Assembly: GCA_033723415.1 (NCBI GenBank) | Contig: JAWVXD010000002.1 | Location: 256,001 to 320,000, forward strand | Direction: 5' to 3' | Source of the DNA: Sulfurospirillaceae bacterium | GTDB lineage: Bacteria > Campylobacterota > Campylobacteria > Campylobacterales > Sulfurospirillaceae | DNA: 64,000 bases | Shown: piece by piece, positions 39,790 through 49,794 of the stretch | How positions within the stretch are numbered: the stretch's first letter is position 1 | How the letters are laid out: every line of letters starts with the position of its first letter | The notes under the pieces: model-generated | What the model was told of the DNA's origin: nothing | The model's database searches: none | Seen by the model: only the letters and a program-made list of their open reading frames with translations | Translations under genes and position numbers: made by a program

Positions 39790-41118
39790 ATGGTAGAGCG
39801 TTATTCTAGACAAATAATGAAAGACAAGTGGACAGTACAAGCGAAATACGATGCTTGGTTAAAAGTAGAAAAAGCTGCAGTAAAAGGCTGGAATAGGCTA
39901 GGTCTCATAAATGATTCAGACTGCAAAAAAATATTGGACAATGCTCAATTTAATGTAGAAGAGATCGATGAAATAGAGAAAAAAACAAAACATGATGTTA
40001 TAGCTTTCTTGACAAGTGTAGCTAAAAGCCTTGGAGATGAAAGTAGATGGGTGCATTATGGAATGACGAGTTCAGACTGCATAGACACGGCTGTTGCACT
40101 TCAGATGAAAGAATCATTAGAATTGATCATAGAAGATGTTAAGGATCTGATGAAAAATATAAAGACCAGAGCATTTGAACACAAAAAAACACTAATGGTA
40201 GGAAGAAGTCATGGTATTCACGGAGAACCGATAACATTTGGCTTAGTTTTAGCAATATGGTACGATGAAATAAAAAGAAATCTGGAAAATCTTGAGCATA
40301 CACTGAAAGTTATAAGTGTCGGGCAGATAAGCGGAGCTATGGGCAATATGGCACACTCTCCAATAGAACTTGAAGAAATTGTATGTGAAGAACTGGGACT
40401 TTCTCCTGCTCCGGTTTCAAATCAAGTTATACAAAGAGACAGATACGCGAACCTTATGAATGCTTTAGCACTACTCGCATCAAGTTGCGAAAAAATTGCA
40501 GTTGCAATAAGACACTATCAAAGAACAGAAGTTTATGAAGCAGAAGAATTCTTTAGTAAAGGACAAAAAGGCAGCTCTGCCATGCCTCATAAAAGAAATC
40601 CTGTGCTAAGTGAGAATGTTACAGGCCTTTGTAGAGTTATCAGAAGCTATGCGATTCCTGCACTTGAAAATGTCGCACTTTGGCATGAGAGAGACATAAG
40701 TCACAGCTCGGTTGAAAGGTTTACTTTGCCTGATGGATTTATCACGACTGATTTCATGCTGAACCGTCTCAGCGGAGTCATCGAGAAACTTTTAGTATAT
40801 CCAGAGAATATGATGAAAAATCTAAACTTGACAGGGGGATTAGTTTTTTCTCAAAGAGTTCTATTGGAACTTCCATCTCGTGGAGTAAGTAGAGAAGATG
40901 CTTACAAGATAGTTCAAAGAAATGCTATGAAAGTTTGGGAAGATCTTCAAGTAGGAAAACCTGCTATGAATGATAAAGGGGAAAGTCTCTTTATGGCAAA
41001 TCTTTTAGTTGATGAGGATTTAAAAGAAAAACTAAGTGAAGATGAAATCAGATCATGCTTTGACTACGAATACTACATGAAAAATGTGGACAAACTTTTT
41101 AATAGAGTTTTTAAATAA
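39790..41118 (+). CDS. purB: Adenylosuccinate lyase
   Basis: HDVIAF, HYGMTSSD, GRSHGIH, signature SSAMPHKRNP. Confidence 0.98.
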   Translation: MVERYSRQIMKDKWTVQAKYDAWLKVEKAAVKGWNRLGLINDSDCKKILDNAQFNVEEIDEIEKKTKHDVIAFLTSVAKSLGDESRWVHYGMTSSDCIDTAVALQMKESLELIIEDVKDLMKNIKTRAFEHKKTLMVGRSHGIHGEPITFGLVLAIWYDEIKRNLENLEHTLKVISVGQISGAMGNMAHSPIELEEIVCEELGLSPAPVSNQVIQRDRYANLMNALALLASSCEKIAVAIRHYQRTEVYEAEEFFSKGQKGSSAMPHKRNPVLSENVTGLCRVIRSYAIPALENVALWHERDISHSSVERFTLPDGFITTDFMLNRLSGVIEKLLVYPENMMKNLNLTGGLVFSQRVLLELPSRGVSREDAYKIVQRNAMKVWEDLQVGKPAMNDKGESLFMANLLVDEDLKEKLSEDEIRSCFDYEYYMKNVDKLFNRVFK

Positions 41119-41134
41119 AAAATAGGGAATATTT

Positions 41135-43501
41135 ATGCTTACAGTACAAAAAAGAAACGGAAGAATAGAACCGCTTGATATTTCAAAGATTCAAAAATAC
41201 ACGCAATCAGCAGTTGAAGGCTTAGAAAATGTTAGCCAGAGTGAATTAGAAGTTGATGCAAAAATACAATTTAGAGATAAAATTACAACAGAAGAAATAC
41301 AAAAAACTCTCATAAAAACAGCAGTTGATAAAATTGATATAGACAGGCCAAATTGGACATACGTTGCTGCTAGACTCTTTTTGTATGACTTATATCACAA
41401 AGTCAATCAGTTTACAGGATACGGGAAGCTAGCCGATTACTTTGAAAGAGGGGAAAAGAGCGGAAGAATACTTCTTGGATTAAAAGACAAATACGATCTT
41501 GATGATTTGGATAAATACATTGAACCTGAGAGAGATTTTCAGTTTACATATCTAGGAGTAAAAACACTTCATGATAGATACCTTATCAAAGATTCTAAAG
41601 GTGTTCCTATAGAATTGCCACAGCATATGTTCATGGCAATCGCTATGTTTTTGGCTCAAAACGAGCTAAACTGTCAAGACTGGGCAAAAAAGTTTTATGA
41701 CCTTATTTCCAAATTTGAAGTGATGCTTGCAACACCTACACTTTCAAATGCCAGAACACCTAGACATCAACTAAGTTCTTGCTATATAGGAAGCACACCT
41801 GACAATATCGAAGGGATCTTTGACTCATACAAAGAGATGGCTCTATTAAGCAAATTTGGAGGCGGTATAGGCTGGGATTGGAACCTTGTTCGTTCTATGG
41901 GAGGAATGATAGATGGACATAAGAATGCAGCAGGCGGGATCATCCCATTTTTAAAGATTACAAATGATATCGCAATCGCAGTTGATCAGCTTGGAACAAG
42001 AAAAGGAGCGATTGCAGTATATGTAGAACCATGGCATATGGATATATCCGATTTCTTAGACCTAAAAAAGAACTCTGGAGAAGAGAGAAGAAGAGCTCAT
42101 GACCTGTTTCCTGCCTTGTGGATAAACGATATATTTATGAGAAGAGCAGAAGCAGATGAGATTTGGACACTATTTGATCCAGCAGACGTCAGTGATTTGT
42201 CTTCTCTTTATGGCGAAGAATTTGAAAAAAGATACTTGGAATACGAAAAAGATGACAATATACCAAAAGAACACGTAAAAGCAAAAGAATTATGGAAAAA
42301 AATAATACTAAATTATTTTGAGAGTGGAAGTCCATTTTTATGTTTCAAAGATAATGCAAACAAGGCAAATCCGAATAACCACAGCGGTATCATAAGAAGT
42401 TCAAACCTGTGTACGGAAATTTTTCAAAATACGGCACCTAACCATTATAAAATAAAAGTTACTTTTGAAGACGGCAGTAGCGTGGCCTTTGAAGAAAATG
42501 AAAAAGTAATAGTAAATGGCAATATTGAAAAAGATGCGAAAAAGATCACCGCTCTTGATACGGTAAACAATAAAAACGTGTTTATTGTAGAAAAAGAGAT
42601 GAGCGAAGGTAAAACTGCCGTATGTAATCTTGCAAGCGTTAACCTATCGAAAATCAATACAAAAGAAGACGTAGAAAGAGTAGTTCCGATAGCGATAAGA
42701 ATGCTAGATAATGTCATAGATCTCAACTTCTATCCACACGCTAAAGTAAAGCATACAAATCTACAGTCAAGATCAATCGGACTTGGCGTTATGGGTGAAG
42801 CCCAAATGCTTGCAGAGCAGCAAATACAATGGGGTAGTTATGACCATTTTGCCAAGATAGATGAAGTTATGGAATATATAAGCTACAATGCCATCAAATC
42901 TTCATCGAACTTAGCTATTGAAAAAGGCAAATATCCTGATTTTGACGGTTCAAAATGGAGCAAAGGAATTTTTCCTATAGACTGTGCAAACGAAGAAGCA
43001 AAAAAACTGGTAGATAGAGGTGGATTATTCGGCTATAGCTGCGATTGGGACGGACTCAGAGAACAAGTAAAGAAATCTGGAATGAGAAATGGTTACCTAA
43101 TGGCAATAGCACCTACAAGCTCTATATCTATCCTGGTCGGCACAACTCAAACAATAGAACCTGTTTATAAAAGGAAGTGGTTTGAAGAGAACCTCTCAGG
43201 CATGATTCCTGTCGTCGTACCAAAACTAAATCCGGAAACTTGGAATTACTACACTCCTGCATATGAACTAGATCAAAGATTGCTTATCAAAGCCGGTGCT
43301 ATTAGACAAAAATGGATAGATCAGGGACAAAGTTTAAATATATTTATAACACTAGACAAAGCAAGCGGTAAATATTTGAACGATATCTATATGCTGGGAT
43401 GGAAATTGGGAATAAAATCGACATATTACCTAAGAAGTCAATCTCCTGAAAGTAAGATCGACGTAGCTGATAGAAGCATTGAGTGTGAAGGTTGCCAGTA
43501 G
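41135..43501 (+). CDS. nrdA: Class Ia ribonucleotide reductase alpha subunit with ATP cone
   Basis: ATPTL.N, LSSCY, SNLCTEI, VCNLAS, APTSS, STYYLR, C-terminal CEGC. Confidence 0.97.
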   Translation: MLTVQKRNGRIEPLDISKIQKYTQSAVEGLENVSQSELEVDAKIQFRDKITTEEIQKTLIKTAVDKIDIDRPNWTYVAARLFLYDLYHKVNQFTGYGKLADYFERGEKSGRILLGLKDKYDLDDLDKYIEPERDFQFTYLGVKTLHDRYLIKDSKGVPIELPQHMFMAIAMFLAQNELNCQDWAKKFYDLISKFEVMLATPTLSNARTPRHQLSSCYIGSTPDNIEGIFDSYKEMALLSKFGGGIGWDWNLVRSMGGMIDGHKNAAGGIIPFLKITNDIAIAVDQLGTRKGAIAVYVEPWHMDISDFLDLKKNSGEERRRAHDLFPALWINDIFMRRAEADEIWTLFDPADVSDLSSLYGEEFEKRYLEYEKDDNIPKEHVKAKELWKKIILNYFESGSPFLCFKDNANKANPNNHSGIIRSSNLCTEIFQNTAPNHYKIKVTFEDGSSVAFEENEKVIVNGNIEKDAKKITALDTVNNKNVFIVEKEMSEGKTAVCNLASVNLSKINTKEDVERVVPIAIRMLDNVIDLNFYPHAKVKHTNLQSRSIGLGVMGEAQMLAEQQIQWGSYDHFAKIDEVMEYISYNAIKSSSNLAIEKGKYPDFDGSKWSKGIFPIDCANEEAKKLVDRGGLFGYSCDWDGLREQVKKSGMRNGYLMAIAPTSSISILVGTTQTIEPVYKRKWFEENLSGMIPVVVPKLNPETWNYYTPAYELDQRLLIKAGAIRQKWIDQGQSLNIFITLDKASGKYLNDIYMLGWKLGIKSTYYLRSQSPESKIDVADRSIECEGCQ

Positions 43502-43504
43502 AAT

Positions 43505-44212
43505 ATGAAAACTATAGGTTTACTCGGAGGTATGAGTTGGGAATCAACTCATACCTACTACAAACTGCTTAATGAAGGGACAAAAGAACTACTTGGCGGC
43601 TTCAATAGTGCCAAGATTATTTTAATTTCTGTAAATTTTGATGAAATAGAGACTCTACAGCGTGAAAACAGATGGGAAGAGGCCGGAGAGATATTAGCCG
43701 AAAATGCAAAATCACTAGAAGAAGCCGGAGCAGATTTTATACTTATATGCACAAACACTATGCATAAAGTAGCTGACATAATTCAAAAAAACATAAACAT
43801 CCCAATATTACATATCGCAACTAGCGTATCTATGGCACTGCAAAAGGAAAACTGCAGAAAAGCTATCCTGCTTGGCACACGTTTTACGATGCAAGAAAAT
43901 TTTATAAAAGATGTCATAAGATCTTTTGGCATAGAAGTAGTTACCCCGGATACAAAACAAATTGAGATAATTGATAAAATCATATTTGATGAATTAGTAC
44001 AAGGCATTGTCAACCAAGAAAGCAAAAACACATATCTAAATATAATCCTTGACATGATTGACAAAGACGAGCAAATAGACTCTGTCATACTTGGATGTAC
44101 TGAAATAGGACTATTGATAAATCAAAATGATATAAATTTAAAAATATTCGATACAACTTACACACATGTAAAATATGCCCTAGACATAACACACAACAAT
44201 CACTCTCTATAA
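43505..44212 (+). CDS. Aspartate/glutamate racemase family protein (YgeA/RacX-like)
   Basis: IGLLGGMSWEST..YY, CTNTMH, LLGTRFTM, LGCTEI. Confidence 0.92.
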   Translation: MKTIGLLGGMSWESTHTYYKLLNEGTKELLGGFNSAKIILISVNFDEIETLQRENRWEEAGEILAENAKSLEEAGADFILICTNTMHKVADIIQKNINIPILHIATSVSMALQKENCRKAILLGTRFTMQENFIKDVIRSFGIEVVTPDTKQIEIIDKIIFDELVQGIVNQESKNTYLNIILDMIDKDEQIDSVILGCTEIGLLINQNDINLKIFDTTYTHVKYALDITHNNHSL

Positions 44213-44422
44213 ATATATAAACTAATTTATTTTATTAAGTTTTTACAATCTGATTAAGAACACAACCCTTACAATATAATACTTTTAAGCCTTAAGTATA
44301 TTTGCAAAATTAACACTTATTTACTTGTGTGACAAAAGAGCAACACTTTATTTTTTAAGTTTCAACTTAATATTCATGTTATATAATCGCGACATTAATA
44401 ACAAAAATATGTTAGGACAACC

Positions 44423-46543
44423 ATGTTAGAAAAAGTCTTAAAAAGAGATGGGGCGACAGAAGAGTTTAAATCATATAAAATACAAGATGCTATAAAAAAA
44501 GCATTTGAAAGTGAAGGCGTTTTATATGATGCAAGTGTTTACAACAGACTAATCTCTACGCTAGAGAAAAAAAGAGTGGCTGCTGTTGAAGATATTCAAG
44601 ATCTCATAGAACAGGAGCTGTACAAAGCACGCTACTTTGACGTAATGCGCTCATTCATGATCTATCGTCATACTCATAAGATGCAAAGAGAGCATGTAAA
44701 GGGATTGAACGAAGATACGACTTTTGTGAATTCAACACAAACGATAGAAGAATACATCAATAAAAGCGATTGGAGAATCAAAGCAAACTCAAACACCGGA
44801 TACTCAAATGCCGGTCTTGTAAATAACACGGCAGGAAAGATCATAGCAAATTACTGGCTAGATAAAATCTACTCAAAAGAAGAGGGCTTTGCGCATAGAA
44901 ACGGTGATTATCACATACATGACCTGGATTGTCTAACTGCATATTGTGCAGGATGGAGTTTGAGAGCTCTTTTAAATGAAGGATTTAACGGCGTGAGAGG
45001 AAGGGTTGAATCTCGCCCGCCTAAACACTTTAGAGAAGCTCTAGGACAAATGGCAAACTTTTTGGGCATCCTCCAAAGCGAATGGGCAGGTGCTCAAGCA
45101 TTTAGTTCATTTGACACCTATCTGGCCCCATATGTATTTAAAGACAAACTTCCATTTAAAGAGATAAAAAAAGCGATTTTAAGTTTTGTATATAACCTAA
45201 ATGTTCCTGCCCGTTGGGGACAAAGCCCATTTACAAACATAACTATAGATTGGAGTGTGCCGCAAGACTTAGCTGATCAGACACCAACTTGTCAAGATAT
45301 ACATCTTTTTAAAGGGATATATGACAAAGAGTTGATAGATGAAGCCAAGAAAAGAGGCGTGAATAAACTAGAAGATCTAACATACAAAAATTTTCAAAAA
45401 GAGATGGATCTCATAAACAAAGCATATTACGAAGTAATGACAGAAGGGGATAAAACAGAACAGCCTTTTACTTTTCCTATTCCGACTGTAAATATTACGG
45501 AAGATTTTGATTGGTATGGAGAAAATACGGATACTTTGTTTGAAAATACTGCCAAGATCGGTTCTTCTTATTTTCAAAATTTTATTGGAAGTCAATATAT
45601 AAGAGATGAAAACGGCAATCTAGTAGAAAATCCAAAGGCTTATAAACCTGGCAATGTCAGAAGTATGTGTTGCAGGTTACAACTTGATCTACGAGAATTA
45701 CTCAAACGAGGCGGCGGATTATTTGGAAGTGCAGAAATGACAGGCAGCATCGGTGTTGTCACAATCAATATGGCAAGGATTGGGTATCTAAATAAAGGAA
45801 ATAAAGAAAAACTATTTGAGCAAGTCGAATATCTAATGGATCTGGCAAAATCAACTCTGGAGAAAAAACGAGTATTTGTCCAAGATATGTTCGAGAGAGG
45901 ACTTTATCCTTATACAGCAAGATACCTACCGGGCTTTAACAACCATTTCTCAACTATCGGCGTAAATGGGATAAATGAGATGATAGAGAACTTTACATCA
46001 AAAGAGCACAATATAGCAGATGATTATGGAATAGAATTTGCTCGTGAATTGTTAGAATTCATGCGTGGCAAAATGATCAAATATCAAGAAGAAAGCGGCA
46101 ATCTGTATAATTTGGAAGCAACTCCTGCAGAGGGTACGACATATAGATTTGCAAAAGAAGACAAAAAAAGATATCCGGATATCATACAGGCTGGAAACGG
46201 TAAAAACATATATTACACAAATTCTTCACAAATTCCAGCTGACTATACAGATGATCCGTTTGAAGCCCTTGATCTGCAAGATGATCTGCAGTGTGAATAC
46301 ACAGGAGGAACAGTTCTTCATCTTTATATGAAAGAGCGAATCAGCAGTATTGAAGCATGTAGACAGATGGTGAAAAATGTTATATCAAATTATCGCATGC
46401 CTTATCTTACTATAACACCTGTATTTTCGGTATGTGAAAAACATGGATACATAAGCGGTGAACATGAATTTTGTCCAATTTGCGACAAAGAACTTATAGA
46501 AAAATATGAAGGAGGTGAAAATGAGCAGGGAAGAATTGCTTGA
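44423..46543 (+). CDS. nrdD: Class III (anaerobic) ribonucleoside-triphosphate reductase catalytic subunit, lacking the glycyl-radical loop
   Basis: ATP cone, HIHDL, YCAGW, FTFPIPT, SMCCRL finger loop, EATPAE, YTGGT, Zn site CEKH...CPIC. The protein stops without an RxxGY motif. Confidence 0.93.
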   Translation: MLEKVLKRDGATEEFKSYKIQDAIKKAFESEGVLYDASVYNRLISTLEKKRVAAVEDIQDLIEQELYKARYFDVMRSFMIYRHTHKMQREHVKGLNEDTTFVNSTQTIEEYINKSDWRIKANSNTGYSNAGLVNNTAGKIIANYWLDKIYSKEEGFAHRNGDYHIHDLDCLTAYCAGWSLRALLNEGFNGVRGRVESRPPKHFREALGQMANFLGILQSEWAGAQAFSSFDTYLAPYVFKDKLPFKEIKKAILSFVYNLNVPARWGQSPFTNITIDWSVPQDLADQTPTCQDIHLFKGIYDKELIDEAKKRGVNKLEDLTYKNFQKEMDLINKAYYEVMTEGDKTEQPFTFPIPTVNITEDFDWYGENTDTLFENTAKIGSSYFQNFIGSQYIRDENGNLVENPKAYKPGNVRSMCCRLQLDLRELLKRGGGLFGSAEMTGSIGVVTINMARIGYLNKGNKEKLFEQVEYLMDLAKSTLEKKRVFVQDMFERGLYPYTARYLPGFNNHFSTIGVNGINEMIENFTSKEHNIADDYGIEFARELLEFMRGKMIKYQEESGNLYNLEATPAEGTTYRFAKEDKKRYPDIIQAGNGKNIYYTNSSQIPADYTDDPFEALDLQDDLQCEYTGGTVLHLYMKERISSIEACRQMVKNVISNYRMPYLTITPVFSVCEKHGYISGEHEFCPICDKELIEKYEGGENEQGRIA

Positions 46544-46685
46544 AAAGCTACGAAGTGAACGAACAAAATGTATCGTTTATACTAGAGTCATGGGTTATCA
46601 CAGACCGGTTGAAAGCTTCAATGTAGGCAAAATCGGTGAACATCGAGAAAGAACACAATTTATTGAAAGCCTTTCTAGAAGATAG
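46521..46685 (+). CDS. Stand-alone glycyl-radical domain of class III RNR, 54 aa (not in ORF track)
   Basis: MSREELLEKLRSERTKCIVYTRVMGYHRPVESFNVGKIGEHRERTQFIESLSRR. GGAGGT SD, overlaps nrdD by 23 bp in the +1 frame. Confidence 0.88.
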   Translation: MSREELLEKLRSERTKCIVYTRVMGYHRPVESFNVGKIGEHRERTQFIESLSRR

Positions 46686-47355
46686 CCCTCTATACGATAT
46701 CACTAAATTTACGACGCTAGATTACCCTGATAATCTGGCGTCTATTTTATGGTTTGCAAAATGTAATATGCGTTGCTGCTATTGTTACAATTCAGAGATC
46801 GTATTTGGTGATGGTCATATAAGTATACAAAAAGCTATAGATTTTTTGAACTCTAGAGTCAACAGGCTCAGCGGAGTCGTACTAAGCGGAGGAGAATGTA
46901 CTCTTTATCCAAGGTTATATGACTTTATATCAGAGATCAAAAAACTCGGATTTAATATCAAAATTGACACAAACGGAACAAATCCCAAACTTATAAAAGA
47001 ACTTGTACATGATCATATGATCGATTACATTGCGTTGGATTACAAGGCCCCAAAATATAAGTTTGAGCAGGTAACGCATAACAAAAATTTTGAAGATTTT
47101 GAAGAGACTCTGAGTTTTTTGATCAATGAAGATTTTCCTTTTGAAGCTAGAACTACGATACACTCAGATTTACTTGACACCAGTGATATAAATCAAATAA
47201 TAGATGATTTGCTAACTAAAGGCTATAAAAACAGCTATTTTCTTCAAAATTATTTCCATACAGACAACACAATAGGTCACTTAGAACCTCAAAAAAACTC
47301 ATTAATCCCAGATATGCTAAATCATAAAATAGATATAAAACTGCGAGAATTTTAA
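46636..47355 (+). CDS. nrdG: Anaerobic RNR activating radical SAM enzyme (start uncertain)
   Basis: DYP, CNMRCCYC (CxxxCxxC), SGGE, KIDTNG, DYK, RTT. Confidence 0.92.
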   Translation: MNIEKEHNLLKAFLEDSPLYDITKFTTLDYPDNLASILWFAKCNMRCCYCYNSEIVFGDGHISIQKAIDFLNSRVNRLSGVVLSGGECTLYPRLYDFISEIKKLGFNIKIDTNGTNPKLIKELVHDHMIDYIALDYKAPKYKFEQVTHNKNFEDFEETLSFLINEDFPFEARTTIHSDLLDTSDINQIIDDLLTKGYKNSYFLQNYFHTDNTIGHLEPQKNSLIPDMLNHKIDIKLREF

Positions 47356-47394
47356 GATATTTTAGATAAAATAAGAAAAAATCAGGGACTATTC

Positions 47395-48417
47395 ATGAAT
47401 AGAAAACATATATACAATCCAAGCTCAAATGAGACAGTTAGTGAAAGAAGAATTTTTGGCGGGAATCCTCATGGGATCTTGAATTTTACACAGGCAAAGT
47501 ACCAGTGGGCTCTAAGATTATGGGATATGATGGAAGCAAATACTTGGTTTCCAAAAGAAGTAGATACCACAAAAGATGTCGTGGACTACAACAGAAATCT
47601 TACTGATGCAGAAAAACGAATGTATGACCTTGTCTGGTCGCAGCTTATAAGCATGGACAGCTTTCAAACAAACAATCTAGCCGATAATATAAATCCGTAT
47701 ATAACGGCACCTGAGATCAATGCAGTACTAGTAAGACAGGCATATGAAGAAGCCAACCATTCAAAATCATATGCAGTTATGGTCGAAGCGATTTGCGACA
47801 ACACGGACTTGATATACGAAATGGAAAAACATGACGAGATATTGAGACGAAAAAATGCCTATATATCAAGCGTATATGAAGAATTGGCGGGAGAAGTAAC
47901 AGATGAAAAAATTCTGTTAGCTATGTTTGCAAATCAAATCCTAGAAGGGCTTTATTTTTATTCAGGGTTTACGGCTATTTATGCTCTTGCAAGAGCAGGA
48001 AAGATGCTTGGAAGCGCTCAGATGATCAGGTTTATACAAAGAGATGAAATTACACACCTTTTACTATTCCAGAATATGATAAATTCAACAAGAAAAGAGA
48101 GACCTGAGCTTTTTACTGAAGCTTTAGAAGCAAAGGTCTACAATATGTTCAAATCAGCCGGAGATTTGGAGATTGAGTGGGGAAAATACATAACTCAAAA
48201 CCAAATCATGGGATTTACAGATGAGATCATAGAAGAGTATATTCACTATCTTATAGATGATCGTCTCAATGCAGTAGGTATGAAAAAAATGTACAATGCA
48301 GTTCACCCTATAAAATGGGTCGATGATTTCTCAAAGTTCAATGATCAAAAAACAAACTTTTTTGAAGGCAATGTTACAAACTACAGTAAAGGAAGCCTAT
48401 CATTTGATGACTTCTAG
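47395..48417 (+). CDS. nrdB: Class I ribonucleotide reductase beta subunit
   Basis: [15 protein letters not shown] (radical Tyr), EG..FYSGF, RDEITH, NFFE..VTNY. Confidence 0.97.
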   Translation: MNRKHIYNPSSNETVSERRIFGGNPHGILNFTQAKYQWALRLWDMMEANTWFPKEVDTTKDVVDYNRNLTDAEKRMYDLVWSQLISMDSFQTNNLADNINPYITAPEINAVLVRQAYEEANHSKSYAVMVEAICDNTDLIYEMEKHDEILRRKNAYISSVYEELAGEVTDEKILLAMFANQILEGLYFYSGFTAIYALARAGKMLGSAQMIRFIQRDEITHLLLFQNMINSTRKERPELFTEALEAKVYNMFKSAGDLEIEWGKYITQNQIMGFTDEIIEEYIHYLIDDRLNAVGMKKMYNAVHPIKWVDDFSKFNDQKTNFFEGNVTNYSKGSLSFDDF

Positions 48418-49138
48418 TCCAAATTTAGTAGCTTTACAATTTCAATATGCAAACAGGAGTTTTGAAAACAACTTCGAAACTCTTAGCATATTAGTTGAAA
48501 ATTCTCCACAAAATTCCATAATATTGGCTCCAGAGTTATGCCTGAGCGGATATGATTACGAAAATTTGGAAAAGAATACCCAACTTGCAAAAGATTTTAT
48601 GCCGAAAATCAAAGCCCTATCGGAAGATAAGATCTTTTCTTTAACTATAGCAGAAGAAAAAGACGGACACTACTTTAATAATGTCAAAATTTTTCATAAC
48701 AAAGAAGAGATATATTCCAGAGCAAAGGCCAGGTTATTCAGCTTAGGAAATGAAGAAAAATATTTCACTAGCGGAAAAGATGAAGATATCAAAATCGTAC
48801 AGATAGACGGCGTGAAAATTGCGATACTTCTATGCTTTGAGTTAAGATATATAGAACTTTGGGAGAAGGCTAAAGGAGCAGATATTATATTGATACCTGC
48901 TTATTGGGCAAAAAAGAGAAAATTGCACCTAGAGGCACTCTCCAAGGCTGTTGCGATCATGAATCAATGCTTTGTTATCATAGCAAACAGTAGCGATGAA
49001 GATATGGCATCAAGTGCCGGGATCATAAATCCTTTTGGAGAAGCTAAAAGAGATGATTCATCAGGGAGCATAATAGACAAATTTGATCTTAGCATGATCA
49101 AAAAGATGAGAAGATATATAAATATAGGATTGACTTAG
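48407..49138 (+). CDS. Carbon-nitrogen hydrolase (nitrilase superfamily)
   Basis: Glu-Lys-Cys triad motifs APEL, K..LF..G.E and LCFELR. Start moved to MTSSP. Confidence 0.88.
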   Translation: MTSSPNLVALQFQYANRSFENNFETLSILVENSPQNSIILAPELCLSGYDYENLEKNTQLAKDFMPKIKALSEDKIFSLTIAEEKDGHYFNNVKIFHNKEEIYSRAKARLFSLGNEEKYFTSGKDEDIKIVQIDGVKIAILLCFELRYIELWEKAKGADIILIPAYWAKKRKLHLEALSKAVAIMNQCFVIIANSSDEDMASSAGIINPFGEAKRDDSSGSIIDKFDLSMIKKMRRYINIGLT

Positions 49139-49140
49139 AT

Positions 49141-49788
49141 ATGGACTTTGTTTCAAAGATAAAATTACAAAAATCTACCAAAATGGCTGAAGAGATAAGA
49201 AAGATATCTCAGATAGACGATTTGGTATTTGATGCTATTGCAAACAGCGATAGAGAATCATTCGTGCCAATAGGTTTTGGCGCACACGCATACAAACTTG
49301 ATGCCCTTCCATTGGTAGCAGACCAATGGATAAGTTCACCGCTAACAGTTGCAAAAATGACACAAGCACTCTCCTGCCAAGGAGCAGATAGTGTCTTGGA
49401 AATAGGTTGCGGTAGTGGCTATCAAGCACTTATACTAAGCAAACTGATAAGACGTGTATTTAGTATAGAACGTGTAGAAAGACTGGCAAAAGAAGCAAAA
49501 GAAAAATTTAGAAACCTTGGAATTTCTAATATAAACATTAGATATGACGATGGACAAAACGGTTGGAGAGAATATGCACCCTATGATAGAATTCTATTCT
49601 CCGCATCAATAAAACAAATCCCTTCCAATCTCTTTGATCAACTAAGAACAGATGGTATTTTAGTAGCACCAATAGAGAAAAACGGCAAACAAATAATTAC
49701 AAAATTTACGAAAAAAGAAAGTGGAATAGAACAAAAAGAGATAGAAGAGTGCCTTTTTGTCCCTGTTGTGGATGGTAAAAGCCACTAA
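49141..49788 (+). CDS. pcm: Protein-L-isoaspartate O-methyltransferase
   Basis: Q.ISSP..VA.M, VLEIGCGSGYQA, APYDRI, FVP. Confidence 0.95.
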   Translation: MDFVSKIKLQKSTKMAEEIRKISQIDDLVFDAIANSDRESFVPIGFGAHAYKLDALPLVADQWISSPLTVAKMTQALSCQGADSVLEIGCGSGYQALILSKLIRRVFSIERVERLAKEAKEKFRNLGISNINIRYDDGQNGWREYAPYDRILFSASIKQIPSNLFDQLRTDGILVAPIEKNGKQIITKFTKKESGIEQKEIEECLFVPVVDGKSH

Positions 49789-49794
49789 AGGCTT

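Noticed and set aside
44313..44330. NrdR box upstream of nrdD (ACACTTATTTACTTGTGT)
   Set aside because: 18 bp rather than the 16-bp consensus spacing, and not in a tandem pair.
44423..46685. nrdD as a frameshifted pseudogene
   Set aside because: The downstream piece has a strong SD and ATG, all catalytic motifs and nrdG are intact, and the break falls at a domain boundary. Read-level confirmation is still needed.
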